From the NCBI RefSeq assembly GCF_009914755.1, contig NC_060942.1: a stretch of 64,000 nucleotides of DNA. One strand, given 5' to 3'. Under the pieces are notes generated by a model. It did not search any database and had not been told where the DNA came from. It saw nothing but the letters and a program-made list of their open reading frames with translations. The stretch comes from the human T2T-CHM13v2.0 reference genome, Homo sapiens. A program made the position numbers and the translations under genes. Positions 63,140-64,000 of this stretch are shown here, one piece after another (position 1 is the stretch's first letter; the number at the start of each line of letters is the position of its first letter).

Positions 63140-64000
63140 TGTTAGGCTATTTGTGGTGCTATGAAGAAATACCTGAGGCTGGGTAATTTATAAAGATAAA
63201 GGCTTTAATCAGCTCTCATTTCTGCAGGCTACGTAAGCATGACACCAACCTTTGCTTGGCTTCTGGTGAGGGCTTCGGCAAGCTTATGATCGTGGCAGAA
63301 GGCAAAGGGGGAAGATAGTGTATCACATGGCAAAAGAGGGAGCAAGGCAGGAGAGGTGCCACATTCTTTTAAACCAGTGGTTCCCAACCTTATTGGCACC
63401 AGAGACCAGTTTCATGGAAGACAATTTTTCCAAAGACCAGGGTCGGGGGATGGTTTTGGAATTACTCAGGTATATTACATGTATTGTGCACCTTATTTCT
63501 ATTATTACATTGTAATATATAATGACATAATTATACAATTCATCATAATGTAGACTCAGTGGGTGCCCAGAGCTTGTTTTCCTGCAACTAGACAGTCCCA
63601 TCTGGGGGTGATGGGAGACAGTGACAGATCATCAGGCATTAGATTCTCATAAGGAGCATGCAACCTAGATCCTTCACTGCACAGTTCACGATAGAGAGCA
63701 TCTAATGCCCCTGCTGATCTGACAGGAGGTGGAGCTCAGGCTGTAACACAGGTGATGGGGAGTGGCTGTAAATACAGATGAAGCTTCACTTGCTTGCCCA
63801 CCGCTCACCTCCTGCTGTGCAACCTGGTTCCTAACAGGCCATGGATTGGTACTAGTCCCTGGCCCACGGGTTGGGGACCCATGTTTTAAACAATCAGATC
63901 TTGCATCAACTCAGAGCAAGAACTCACTCATTACCTTGAGGGACCAATCCATTCATGAGGGATCTGCCACCCATGACCCGAACAACTGCAACCAGGCCCC
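63140..64000 (-). mobile_element. MSTB-like MaLR LTR interrupted by MER1A
   Basis: AAGAAATACCTGAGGCTGGGTAATTTATAAAG...TTCTGGTGAGGGC...CCATTCATGAGGGATCTGCC. Confidence 0.85.
63375..63883. mobile_element. MER1A (hAT-Charlie)
   Basis: CAGTGGTTCCCAACC ... GGTTGGGGACCCATG TIRs; perfect 8-bp TSD TTTTAAAC. Confidence 0.9.

Overview
Primate, most likely human, genomic DNA: repeat-dense, AT-rich and intergenic or intronic. I recognise no host protein-coding gene. The long ORFs come from L1 ORF2 or are Alu/simple-repeat artefacts. Most of the window is stacked transposon fossils: about 15 Alus, many L1s, L2/MIR/L3, MaLR and ERVL LTRs, and Tigger/MER DNA transposons. Main points of interest: (1) two independently inserted, oppositely oriented young L1PA copies about 11.5 kb apart that share about 10 apparently non-consensus variants, suggesting gene conversion and a candidate inversion substrate; (2) an 86-nt near-perfect nested hairpin at 9873-9958; (3) a U6/L1 chimeric retrocopy; (4) a tailless 5S rRNA retropseudogene; (5) a twin-primed L1PB with three nested insertions and a deletion next to an AT-only minisatellite; (6) a decayed gag-less ERV1 provirus with both LTRs, a 4-bp TSD, pol/env relics and an internal templated duplication. 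Repeat subfamily names and consensus comparisons are from memory and need Dfam/RepeatMasker confirmation. I found no evidence for a wholly new biological system.
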